DNA from: a virus
Reading direction: 5' to 3' (one strand)
Virus record (IMG/VR): IMGVR_UViG_3300020437_000004
Coordinates: 32,001-96,000 of that record
Length of the DNA stretch: 64,000 nt
In this document: piece by piece, positions 18,347 to 26,589 of the stretch
Numbering within the stretch: position 1 is the first letter of the stretch
Layout: each line of letters starts with the position of its first letter
Program-made: the position numbers and the translations under genes
The notes under the pieces: model-generated
Database searches by the model: none
What the model saw: only the letters and a program-made list of their open reading frames with translations
Told to the model about the DNA's origin: nothing

Positions 18347-19240
18347 TTAGTCTTCTTCGGCAAGTTTAGCAAAGTAGGAAAGGTCTACGTCCTCATCCTT
18401 CTGTAATGATTCTACCTTATCTCCAAACCCTGTGCGAAGATCAGGGACACTTTGTGAAGTGTCTTCCTCTTCGTAAGTCTCAGGGTCAGGACGCTTAGGT
18501 GTAACCTTAAGCACAGAATTGAGACGTGCTTCCAATTCTTCGTAAGATTTAAACTGTGATGGGTTGGTAAAGTCCTTAAGACTATAAGATTGTTTCCAAA
18601 CTGCTTCCAACTCAGCGTCAGTCATCTTACCAAGAGTAGATGGGTTAGCAAACCCACTCTTATCATAATTCCAGAAACCTGCAACCTTACAGATCTTCAG
18701 ACGGAAGTCCGCACCATTCCAAAGATCGAATGGATTGATTGCTTGCTCGTCTTCAAACTCAGGTTGTGCAGCAGCGACGATCTTGTCATGAATCTTCTTA
18801 CCATACTTGTAGAGGAAGACCTTGCCCTCATTCTCAGGATTCATTTCATCCTTAACAACATAGATGTTGCTGTAGTATGAGAGTTTACGCTTCTGCTTTC
18901 GTGCAATTTCCTTGTCAGAATCGTTGCCACTATTCCACAACTCTCGGTTGAGGTCAGAGACAGGATCCTTTTGTCCTAGAGTAGTCAAACTATTTTCAAT
19001 ATACCATCCACCAGGACCTTGGAAGGCATGACTCCAAACCTGTGCCCAAGGAAGGTCTTCCCCATCAGGCTCTGGAAGGAATCGAATAACAGCATACCCA
19101 TTACCGCTCTTGTCAAGAGTTGGTTTCCATAGACGCTCATCAACTTGAGCACTGCCCGCAGGCTTTTGTAGTTTCTCAATCTCCTTTGTAAGTTTTGCAA
19201 AGGAAGATCCAGAAGACTTCTTGAGTGATGCAAATGACAT
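18347..19240 (-). CDS. gp32: single-stranded DNA-binding protein
   Basis: MSFASLKK...DERLWKP..DKSGNGYAVIRFLP...GPGGWYIENSLTT; acidic C-terminal tail; start placed at MSFAS. Confidence 0.97.
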   Translation of the reverse strand: MSFASLKKSSGSSFAKLTKEIEKLQKPAGSAQVDERLWKPTLDKSGNGYAVIRFLPEPDGEDLPWAQVWSHAFQGPGGWYIENSLTTLGQKDPVSDLNRELWNSGNDSDKEIARKQKRKLSYYSNIYVVKDEMNPENEGKVFLYKYGKKIHDKIVAAAQPEFEDEQAINPFDLWNGADFRLKICKVAGFWNYDKSGFANPSTLGKMTDAELEAVWKQSYSLKDFTNPSQFKSYEELEARLNSVLKVTPKRPDPETYEEEDTSQSVPDLRTGFGDKVESLQKDEDVDLSYFAKLAEED

Positions 19241-19299
19241 TTTTGTATTCTCCGTGTTTGTATTTGGCATTAGTGCCACCATTCATGGTGACATACTAT

Positions 19300-19452
19300 T
19301 TAGGTCTTGTCAAGACCTTGTGTTTTATTCCTGATAATTATATTCTCTCCATCATGTGTGAAAATAATCTCGTCATCGGGATCCCAAAGTAACTCCTCCA
19401 TGACATCATTCAAACGTTTCATGTCTTCCCATAGTTGATCAGGATTCGGCAT
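19300..19452 (-). CDS. hypothetical (50 aa, MPNPDQLWEDMKRLNDVMEELLWDPDDEIIF...)
   Basis: Hand-translated, overlaps the stop of the upstream gene. Confidence 0.55.
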   Translation of the reverse strand: MPNPDQLWEDMKRLNDVMEELLWDPDDEIIFTHDGENIIIRNKTQGLDKT

Positions 19453-19798
19453 TGTTTAACTCCTTCTTCCATCCTAACAATTTATCTTCCATAACTTGTA
19501 GCACAGACATGAGATCCATACCACCTGTCGTCTTCATTGATAGTGTGTCTACTCTGTCCTTAATATATGCAACAGACTCATCGCTATCATCTTCATGTGA
19601 TGCGAGTGCTAGTCGTGCATAAAATAACTTCTGTTTAGCAATCAACTCTAGCGTCTTGTTGATGTGCTCAATTCTTTTCTTGACATCATACTCTGCAAAA
19701 CCTGCAGACATCTTTAGCAAGTCAGTGTAACATACTTGGATGTCTTCGAGTGACTCTCTTACTTGATCGCTGTGGAAAAATTCTTCTTTCTTGGTCAT
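19439..19798 (-). CDS. DUF1825-like protein
   Basis: FFHSDQVR...IAKQKLFYARLAL; usual position after gp33 in cyanomyoviruses. Confidence 0.6.
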   Translation of the reverse strand: MTKKEEFFHSDQVRESLEDIQVCYTDLLKMSAGFAEYDVKKRIEHINKTLELIAKQKLFYARLALASHEDDSDESVAYIKDRVDTLSMKTTGGMDLMSVLQVMEDKLLGWKKELNNAES

Positions 19799-20040
19799 AG
19801 TGGGAGGACACCTCTTGAGGTGCGTTTAACGTAATTAAGTTGTTGAGCATCCCATTTGATTTTATCTTTCAATGGTCGAGAGATCAGTTTATTAACAACT
19901 TCAATCTCTATTCCATACTCTTCACATACTGTAGTGACTGCTTCAATATAATTTAGCAGTCCTTCACTGTCTTTAACAAGGTTTTCTACCAGTGAAGTAA
20001 ATTTACCTTGTGTCATAAATTCCTTTTCAATATCATTCAT
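19795..20040 (-). CDS. gp33: late transcription co-activator
   Basis: KFTSLVE...NYIEAV...CEE..IEIE...KLISRPLKDKIK.DAQQLNY. Confidence 0.9.
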   Translation of the reverse strand: MNDIEKEFMTQGKFTSLVENLVKDSEGLLNYIEAVTTVCEEYGIEIEVVNKLISRPLKDKIKWDAQQLNYVKRTSRGVLPL

Positions 20041-20663
20041 TTGGTGACCTCCACATACATGCGAGAGACTCCACCAGATTCAATGAGACCTGAGGGAAAT
20101 GCATTCGCTGCAATAGTCATGCGGGGTCCATTAGTGGTGTTAGGTTGTGCGTAATGCCTTATAGTAGGAGGGAAACAGATAAACTTACCTGCCTCTGTAG
20201 GCTCCTCATGCATTATGTGGTATTTTGTGTCCGTATAATCTCCAAAAGGTGAGATGTTAGTATTACTATACCACGGATTCGGCAAAAGCCAAACTGTTTT
20301 ATCTTGTGGCAAACCAGATGCATAATAATTACTGCTTAGGAAACAGTTAGGATGCGTGTGGTCAAAGAAATGATCACCAGGATCATTCTTGTTTGCCCAT
20401 GACGATACAAATTTAAAAGAGGTAGCGTTGGGTGCTATCTCTTTCCTTACTTCTTCCAGACATTCATTCATCCATGAAAATAAATCAGCAAACTGTGGTA
20501 GATCATGTAACTGTTTACCTGTCCCACGAGCATTAATACCTGCCCAGATCCAGTTAAAATCATTACGTTTCCACTGTAAGTTTTCTAATTCATATGCAAC
20601 CTTCTCTACGTCGCCAGGATAATAGAAGCGAAAGAAGGGGATGCCTAGAAAAGTATCTTTCAT
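20037..20663 (-). CDS. Fe(II)/2OG oxygenase, TIGR02466-like
   Basis: SWANKN..GD...HTHPNCFLSSNYY ... FPPTIRHYA...RMTIA. Confidence 0.75.
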   Translation of the reverse strand: MKDTFLGIPFFRFYYPGDVEKVAYELENLQWKRNDFNWIWAGINARGTGKQLHDLPQFADLFSWMNECLEEVRKEIAPNATSFKFVSSWANKNDPGDHFFDHTHPNCFLSSNYYASGLPQDKTVWLLPNPWYSNTNISPFGDYTDTKYHIMHEEPTEAGKFICFPPTIRHYAQPNTTNGPRMTIAANAFPSGLIESGGVSRMYVEVTK

Positions 20664-21334
20664 TGACGAGATTCAATATACTGTCTGTATTCTTTAATGT
20701 AATCAAGAAGTTTGTTGATATACTTCTCTTTATCATATCTCTGCTCGACTTGCATCTCGCCAGACTCTGATACAGATATTGTAACTAACTTGTCAACCTC
20801 AATGCCAGTGTGCTCGTAATACATGTAAGCATAAGCACTACACTGCACGAAATAGTTTTCCAACCACTCAGGTTTTTTCAATTCCTTTGTGGTTTTGAAA
20901 TCAATTACAGCAAGCTCGCCATCAAACTGAGCAAGGCAATCAACACGGCCAGCGAGATATAGATTGCGAGAAAATAAAGGGGCTTCAATAAGATGAATAT
21001 CAGTGATCCGATCAAGATCCTTACGAGCAGCCCTAAAAAGGTACGAGGTAAGACCCTCGCCTTGCGTACGATTTTCCACATCTTCATTTCTTAGATACTT
21101 TTCTACTAGGTTGTGATACTTGGTGCCTCTCCAAGAAGATTTCATACGAATCTTCTCTGCCTCGTGGTATCCGACACGCTTCTGCCACTCAAGGATACCT
21201 GCCTTAGATTGATGACCGATAACTGTGGTGACAGATGGCACCCACACCTTGTCAAGTTTGTAGAATCTTCCCTGCTCTAGGGTGCGTGATTCTAACTCAA
21301 GGATCTCACAAGGAGGTCCTACATGATTAAACAT
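20660..21334 (-). CDS. Cas4-like PD-(D/E)xK exonuclease
   Basis: VPSVTTVI...RGTKYH...LAGRVDC...VIDFKT...YFVQCSAY. Confidence 0.85.
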   Translation of the reverse strand: MFNHVGPPCEILELESRTLEQGRFYKLDKVWVPSVTTVIGHQSKAGILEWQKRVGYHEAEKIRMKSSWRGTKYHNLVEKYLRNEDVENRTQGEGLTSYLFRAARKDLDRITDIHLIEAPLFSRNLYLAGRVDCLAQFDGELAVIDFKTTKELKKPEWLENYFVQCSAYAYMYYEHTGIEVDKLVTISVSESGEMQVEQRYDKEKYINKLLDYIKEYRQYIESRQ

Positions 21335-21340
21335 AATTAA

Positions 21341-22081
21341 TTAATATCCAAGAGATAATTTGCTAACGAGATACTCTTTCACGAGACCTGACCTTACTAT
21401 ATCATCAATACCAAACTCTACGCAAGTAAATGATGGCATTTGCTTAAGAATTCTAAGGAAGTCTAGGATACCTTCTCTCTCATTAGATTTTGTCAAGTCT
21501 GACTGAAAGTAATCACCACAAAAAATAATTTTGCAGTCTTCTCCAACACGAGTGATAATAGAATCTAACTCGTGGAAGTTTAGGTTTGAAAACTCATCAA
21601 CAAGAATGATAGAGTTATCAAATGTGGTGCCTCTAATAAAAGAGGTTGACCAGAATGAAATAGTTTCTTGTGCTCTAAGATTAGAATACAATGCTTCAAA
21701 ACTATTGTCATCAGGCATCTCAAACATATACTTCACCATATTTTTATATGGAATTTGATATAGGTTTGATTTGTCTTCATGATCACCTGGCAAGAAACCA
21801 ATCTCCCTTGTAGGGACGAGTGACCTTACCATGTAAACCTTCTCATACTTTGATGCAGGGTCAAGACATTGTTTCAATGCAAGATACAAAGAGATGAATG
21901 TCTTACCTGTCCCTGCTGCACCATGGAGCACTAGATTCTGTCCCTTACCATATGCTTCCCAGATCTTCTCCTGATTCTCTGTGAGTGGCTCGATGGTTTT
22001 AAGGTGCTCAAGGTTGATAGGTTTCTTCCTTCGCAATACCTTGGTTGGGATATTTGCTAGTGACTTCTTTGGTCTAGGCAT
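21341..22081 (-). CDS. phoH: PhoH family ATPase
   Basis: GAAGTGKT Walker A, REIGFLPG, FIRGTTF, VDEFSN, DIVRSGLV. Confidence 0.95.
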   Translation of the reverse strand: MPRPKKSLANIPTKVLRRKKPINLEHLKTIEPLTENQEKIWEAYGKGQNLVLHGAAGTGKTFISLYLALKQCLDPASKYEKVYMVRSLVPTREIGFLPGDHEDKSNLYQIPYKNMVKYMFEMPDDNSFEALYSNLRAQETISFWSTSFIRGTTFDNSIILVDEFSNLNFHELDSIITRVGEDCKIIFCGDYFQSDLTKSNEREGILDFLRILKQMPSFTCVEFGIDDIVRSGLVKEYLVSKLSLGY

Positions 22082-22311
22082 TAGGTGTATTGACTAAGGT
22101 TTGCTTTAGGGTGTGCTGCTTGGACTTTAGACATGACTTCTTTGAAACCATCAGACTGTTTAGGTTTGCCGTAGGTTGTGCCTGCGACACCTTTTGACCA
22201 GTCTTTATCCCAATCGGGATTGTCTTTTCTCCATTGATCGTATTCCGCCATGGTCATACGAAACTCTTTCTCTTCACCTGTCTCTCTGTGTTTTACATTG
22301 TAGGTTGGCAT
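22081..22311 (-). CDS. conserved hypothetical (MPTYNVK...)
   Basis: Start chosen at the TAATG overlap with the thyX stop. Confidence 0.7.
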   Translation of the reverse strand: MPTYNVKHRETGEEKEFRMTMAEYDQWRKDNPDWDKDWSKGVAGTTYGKPKQSDGFKEVMSKVQAAHPKANLSQYT

Positions 22312-23006
22312 TAGTCTATCCTCAAACATGGTTGGATGTCATCCCATCCTTCGGGACAACCGCAGTCTTCGCACCATTCAAGTGCTTTAGAGACGATAGG
22401 GAATTGACACATGAATACTTTTTTACAAGCATTTGCAATGTCCATGTGCTCTTTTTGTGTGCCATTAGCAGACCTCAATTCAATATAATGAATCCATGAT
22501 CGGACTGATCCTGTCATGTAGATTCTGGTTGGTGTTGCCAAAGGCAATACCATTCTAGCACACTCTTTAGCAATTCCGTGTCTCAACAACTCATTATATA
22601 GATCAACTCCTTCGTTAAAATACTGTGCAATCCTACCCTGCAGGAAATACTTCTCCTTTTGTGGCACATCATCAATACTATTCTGTCTATTCTTACTGTC
22701 TTGACGACGTAGATCAGGGACAGGGATCTCACCTAGCAGATTAGTATCAGCATATCTCTGTGAGAACTCTTGAAATGTGAAGCTACGATGCCTCAGAATT
22801 TGAGCTGCGATTGCTCTTGTAGTATTGATCTCAAGTGTCAAACTTGCCTGCTCAAATACAGACCAATGATTATGTTTGATGCAATAAGATAGAAGTCCTT
22901 CTACCTTTGGATTGTCTTGATTGTTTGGGTTGCTTACTCTCGCAATGTAACCCATTGTTTTTTCTGCCTCAGGTGTGACGCTTACGAGACAAACTTTATT
23001 AGTCAT
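22311..23006 (-). CDS. thyX: flavin-dependent thymidylate synthase
   Basis: RHRSFTFQEFSQRY ThyX motif; HWSVFE; ARMVLP. Confidence 0.95.
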   Translation of the reverse strand: MTNKVCLVSVTPEAEKTMGYIARVSNPNNQDNPKVEGLLSYCIKHNHWSVFEQASLTLEINTTRAIAAQILRHRSFTFQEFSQRYADTNLLGEIPVPDLRRQDSKNRQNSIDDVPQKEKYFLQGRIAQYFNEGVDLYNELLRHGIAKECARMVLPLATPTRIYMTGSVRSWIHYIELRSANGTQKEHMDIANACKKVFMCQFPIVSKALEWCEDCGCPEGWDDIQPCLRID

Positions 23007-23277
23007 GCTTAAAAATTAGACGTGCCATTACTAGTAAACCAAATGATTTCAAGTAACCCAATACAGGTAGTCCAAACGTGCCAACCATGATCCAATTCCA
23101 GAAGAACATAAAAACAAGAGGAGATATAAACAGTGCACCCAATGCAGCAGCGACCTTACGTCCTACTGTTTCGTTGTCCATTGCTTTAATCTTCTCTGTC
23201 CACTCCTCTACAGTCTCTGCAGGAGCAGGAGTTTCTTCAATTTTTTTTGCTTTTCTTGGATCGATATAGACGCTCAA
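22999..23277 (-). CDS. membrane hypothetical
   Basis: Two hydrophobic helices in the C-terminal half. Confidence 0.65.
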   Translation of the reverse strand: MSVYIDPRKAKKIEETPAPAETVEEWTEKIKAMDNETVGRKVAAALGALFISPLVFMFFWNWIMVGTFGLPVLGYLKSFGLLVMARLIFKHD

Positions 23278-23717
23278 GACCTATTACCCCATCGAATTTC
23301 TGGAAATGCTTCTTTAACTACCGCTTCTGTGATGCGATACTTCTTGTGTAGAGACTTATTAACTGCTTTAATAAATGCCACAGCGTCATCTTTGTAGAGA
23401 CCCTCTAGCATCTGAATAAACATATTCTCTACCTTCATGTTAGGGAGGTTGTCTGCACCACCCTTGAAGAAATAGTAAAACTTCTTTGCTTCTACAATCA
23501 AATTAGTATGCTCTGTCCCCAACGGTGCTTCGTTAGGTGTGTAAGGTACGTCCTCACCAAGAGGCACACGAGGCACGACTGACCCATCAAAGTTGATAAT
23601 GAATAGTGTGCGAAGTGCTTGACTGTTGTTATCACGAAGAATTTTAATTTTCTCTGCTTTTGTCTTAGCAGAGTGAGTCTTTTGCAAGACCTCACAAATC
23701 ATAAGTTTTTGTGCCAT
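23274..23717 (-). CDS. conserved T4-like hypothetical
   Basis: 147 aa; VPYTPN..P.GT, EAKKFYYFFKGG, MFIQMLEGL motifs. Confidence 0.7.
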   Translation of the reverse strand: MAQKLMICEVLQKTHSAKTKAEKIKILRDNNSQALRTLFIINFDGSVVPRVPLGEDVPYTPNEAPLGTEHTNLIVEAKKFYYFFKGGADNLPNMKVENMFIQMLEGLYKDDAVAFIKAVNKSLHKKYRITEAVVKEAFPEIRWGNRS

Positions 23718-23719
23718 GA

Positions 23720-23962
23720 TTAATCATCAGTGTCAGTAATTGTATCATCTTCCTCTGTCAAACGCAAGTAGAATAGATCTTCTGTGTCCAGAAAATTACC
23801 ATTCTCATCATACATCTCGGGATGCATGACTATTTTAGCATAGTCTGCCTTTTCTTGCCACTCGTCAAATGCTGCTTTGATATTCCAAGAGATCAAGAAT
23901 CCAACAAGGAAACTACCTAACGTGAGGAAGAAGGCAATGTAAAGGAAAGAAAGATCCGCCAT
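23720..23962 (-). CDS. membrane hypothetical (HPEMYDENG motif)
   Basis: N-terminal TM helix, acidic tail. Confidence 0.65.
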   Translation of the reverse strand: MADLSFLYIAFFLTLGSFLVGFLISWNIKAAFDEWQEKADYAKIVMHPEMYDENGNFLDTEDLFYLRLTEEDDTITDTDD

Positions 23963-23988
23963 GTAATTGCCTCCTAAGACTGTTGTTT

Positions 23989-24339
23989 TTATTTAGTAAC
24001 TTTTTTCCTGCCTGGTCTCCTATCCCTTTCATATTTCCATGCATCCTCAAGGATACCGTAGAGATACTTTCTAATCTTTCTTGCTTCTGGTTTTGGGATG
24101 TGTCCGTATGCTTCACGCAATACTTTGTCACCTCCCTTGATATATGCATCAAGATCTAGGATAGTATTGTTTAGAGAGTTAGCAGTTGGGGATTCAATAA
24201 ACTCAGTAGTCTCCTTACGAGTATACTTTGCTCCTTTTAAATACCCATACATGTTAAATAAGAAACGTTTCTTCTCGAATGCTTCATCAATCGATCGCTC
24301 GATCAACTCATATAATTCGTTAGCGTTTCTGAGTTTCAT
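23989..24339 (-). CDS. conserved hypothetical
   Basis: Start at MKLRN (TAATG overlap with grx); LREAYGHIPKPEARKIRKYL motif. Confidence 0.7.
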   Translation of the reverse strand: MKLRNANELYELIERSIDEAFEKKRFLFNMYGYLKGAKYTRKETTEFIESPTANSLNNTILDLDAYIKGGDKVLREAYGHIPKPEARKIRKYLYGILEDAWKYERDRRPGRKKVTK

Positions 24340-24590
24340 TAGAGGAATTTGCCTTCTCGTAGATGTTTTACAGCATCGGTGCAACCACCGACTTTATTCC
24401 CACCAATGATTACCTGTGGGAAGGTAGACCCCATACCAAACTCCGCATAGAATTGGTTGCGGTCGAAGTTAACATCGAGTTTCATCTCGTTGTAACTCCA
24501 TCGATTCATATTATACACTTCTTTAATTTTTGTGCAATAAGGACAACCAGATCTTGTATAGATTGTTGTCGATGGTGGAATCTTTGCCAT
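24339..24590 (-). CDS. nrdC: glutaredoxin (NrdC-like)
   Basis: CPYC active site, TFPQV, VGGC. Confidence 0.9.
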   Translation of the reverse strand: MAKIPPSTTIYTRSGCPYCTKIKEVYNMNRWSYNEMKLDVNFDRNQFYAEFGMGSTFPQVIIGGNKVGGCTDAVKHLREGKFL

Positions 24591-24600
24591 AATATTATAG

Positions 24601-24627
24601 AAAAAAAGAAAGGGGTCAGAGACCCCT
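24601..24627 (-). terminator. Rho-independent terminator
   Basis: AGGGGTC-TCT-GACCCCT followed by a T-rich run on the minus strand. Confidence 0.75.
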
Positions 24628-24651
24628 GATGGTATTATATATCCTTTCTAC

Positions 24652-25020
24652 TTAGAAAGCATACTTCACACCCAACTTACCTCCGTATCCGTTGTCTGCA
24701 GAGTCTGCAGTAACAAAAGAGACTTCAGTGTAGAGATCCATCGCCTCAGAGAGTGGAAGACCAAGACCTGCCTTACCAGAGAAGTCAGTGTCAGTGTCAC
24801 CACCGTCCACAGAAGTCACTGCTGGACCTCCTTGGACGTAGTAAGATGCGATTCCAACTTGTCCTTCGTAACCAACGTGCACGTCAGTCGTCGTCCCAGT
24901 ATAATCCGAGCCAGTCCAAGAGGAGTTTGCTTCGATATTAATATACGGTCCTGCAAAGGAAGCAGATGGGGCTACCACAGCTGCGGTAGCAGCAAGAGTT
25001 GCGATTGCAGTTTTGATCAT
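24652..25020 (-). CDS. small secreted outer-membrane beta-strand protein, host-like
   Basis: Signal peptide (..PSASFA), alternating amphipathic strands, C-terminal VKYAF barrel signature. Confidence 0.6.
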   Translation of the reverse strand: MIKTAIATLAATAAVVAPSASFAGPYINIEANSSWTGSDYTGTTTDVHVGYEGQVGIASYYVQGGPAVTSVDGGDTDTDFSGKAGLGLPLSEAMDLYTEVSFVTADSADNGYGGKLGVKYAF

Positions 25021-25072
25021 GTGTTTTTTACCTTTAGTTTGAGTTTATGTAACAGATAGTTACAATGGGTAT

Positions 25073-26227
25073 TTATACTATTGACAAATCACGATCCCCT
25101 GACAATCCACAATGTAATTGATACATGCATGTAATGCCAAAGATATGTGTGTGATCTGGTGCATAGTAGTAGTCAGGATGCTGTGTGAGGTGAGAATTTT
25201 TGCCCTCTCCCCACGAAGATCTGACTTTGTGGATGAGTCTACCATCATTCCACCATTTTTGTCCAACCCTTGTGACACTTTTCTTACTGACCTTCTCCCA
25301 GTATCCAGAATTGTGAGCACTACCATATTGATAGTGGAAGGCAAGGGCATCAACATATGCCTCTACCATTCTTAGATACCAGAGATTAGCGAGTAGTCTC
25401 TCCTCATTTGTTTGGCCATTAACCAAATAGTCGCAGATTCTTTTTGCGACCATATCATAATGTAATAGCGAAAGTGCTTGCAATGGCTCGAAGAAGAGCA
25501 AAGCGTTACCATTGAGTGCCAACTTATTATTGACAATCATATCGGGTGCGTAAGATGGAGTCCACTCGAAGAGGTCTCCATGTGAGTATACAACCTCAGC
25601 ATCTACATGTGACTGATAGTCCCTGTGAAACAGGTAACCTGTCCGTGAGATGCCTTGCTTAGGAAATGGAAGACTAAACTTCCATCCATATTCATGGGCG
25701 AGGTGGTAGGTATACTCTGGGTGACCATGTATTTTATGGTCATCGAAATATAATACACTATTGACACATGGAATGTCAATCTCTTTTCTATAGTTGCTGA
25801 GAGCACCTGAGCAGTTGATTACGAAATCATATTCATTGCTAATAGAATTAAGAGCAGTGATACGTTTTCCAATAAACTTTACTCCTTTATATTTCTCTAG
25901 ATTCTCTTGGAGAAATGGGTTAAGAGTCTTAGTGTAAAAGTGAATAGCATCTGCATGTAGAAATCTATGATAGAAATGCTTTGAGTTACCCCAGTCAACA
26001 AACTCAATGCCCTTCTTATAGGACGCAAGTCCTAGGGCAATAAGATCATCGATAGTTAAACCCAATGTGCATTCTATCAGTGATGCAAATTGAGGTGTGG
26101 TTGACTCACCAACAGGAAGTTGTTGGGTGTCGGGATCATAATAACAATCAACTTTAATGTTGTAGGTCAAGAGATTCATGATGGTAATTAAACCACCACT
26201 ACCTCTGCCAATCACTGCTACCTTCAT
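25073..26227 (-). CDS. flavin-dependent (tryptophan-halogenase-like) enzyme
   Basis: IGRGSGG FAD motif, PVGESTTP, ASYKKGIEFVDW, GWKFSLP, FFEPLQA. Confidence 0.75.
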   Translation of the reverse strand: MKVAVIGRGSGGLITIMNLLTYNIKVDCYYDPDTQQLPVGESTTPQFASLIECTLGLTIDDLIALGLASYKKGIEFVDWGNSKHFYHRFLHADAIHFYTKTLNPFLQENLEKYKGVKFIGKRITALNSISNEYDFVINCSGALSNYRKEIDIPCVNSVLYFDDHKIHGHPEYTYHLAHEYGWKFSLPFPKQGISRTGYLFHRDYQSHVDAEVVYSHGDLFEWTPSYAPDMIVNNKLALNGNALLFFEPLQALSLLHYDMVAKRICDYLVNGQTNEERLLANLWYLRMVEAYVDALAFHYQYGSAHNSGYWEKVSKKSVTRVGQKWWNDGRLIHKVRSSWGEGKNSHLTQHPDYYYAPDHTHIFGITCMYQLHCGLSGDRDLSIV

Positions 26228-26589
26228 TCTCCTTCTAGATACTCTCGAATTTCTGCTGCTCTTGTTTCAGAGACACTCATCTTTTCTTTAGGTGAGTCTA
26301 GTCCAACTTCCTTTCGGTAGTCTTCCACTATCTTATCATAGGGGACTTCTCTCAATTCGTCAACAATGTTTTTGCCTGACGGTTTTGTATCAAGATCTTT
26401 GATGGTATTGATATTGCTATTCCAATACCTCTTCATCTTCTTAAGCATCTTATGACGACCATCGGGATCGTCTTTATACTTTTCGATGACCTCACGCAGA
26501 AGTTTCAACTCTTTAGTTGTCTTCTGTATTGTTTTGTCTGCCCAGTCCTTGTGTCTTTTACGACCTGGCTGGTCACCAAATCCATTCAT
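26224..26589 (-). CDS. charged helical hypothetical
   Basis: 121-aa ORF with overlaps on both sides. Confidence 0.6.
   Translation of the reverse strand: MNGFGDQPGRKRHKDWADKTIQKTTKELKLLREVIEKYKDDPDGRHKMLKKMKRYWNSNINTIKDLDTKPSGKNIVDELREVPYDKIVEDYRKEVGLDSPKEKMSVSETRAAEIREYLEGE

Noticed and set aside
25048-25064. NtcA box call for the GTA...TAC palindromes (also about 34068-34085)
   Set aside because: Spacing is N9 and N10 rather than the required N8; kept only as an unassigned motif.
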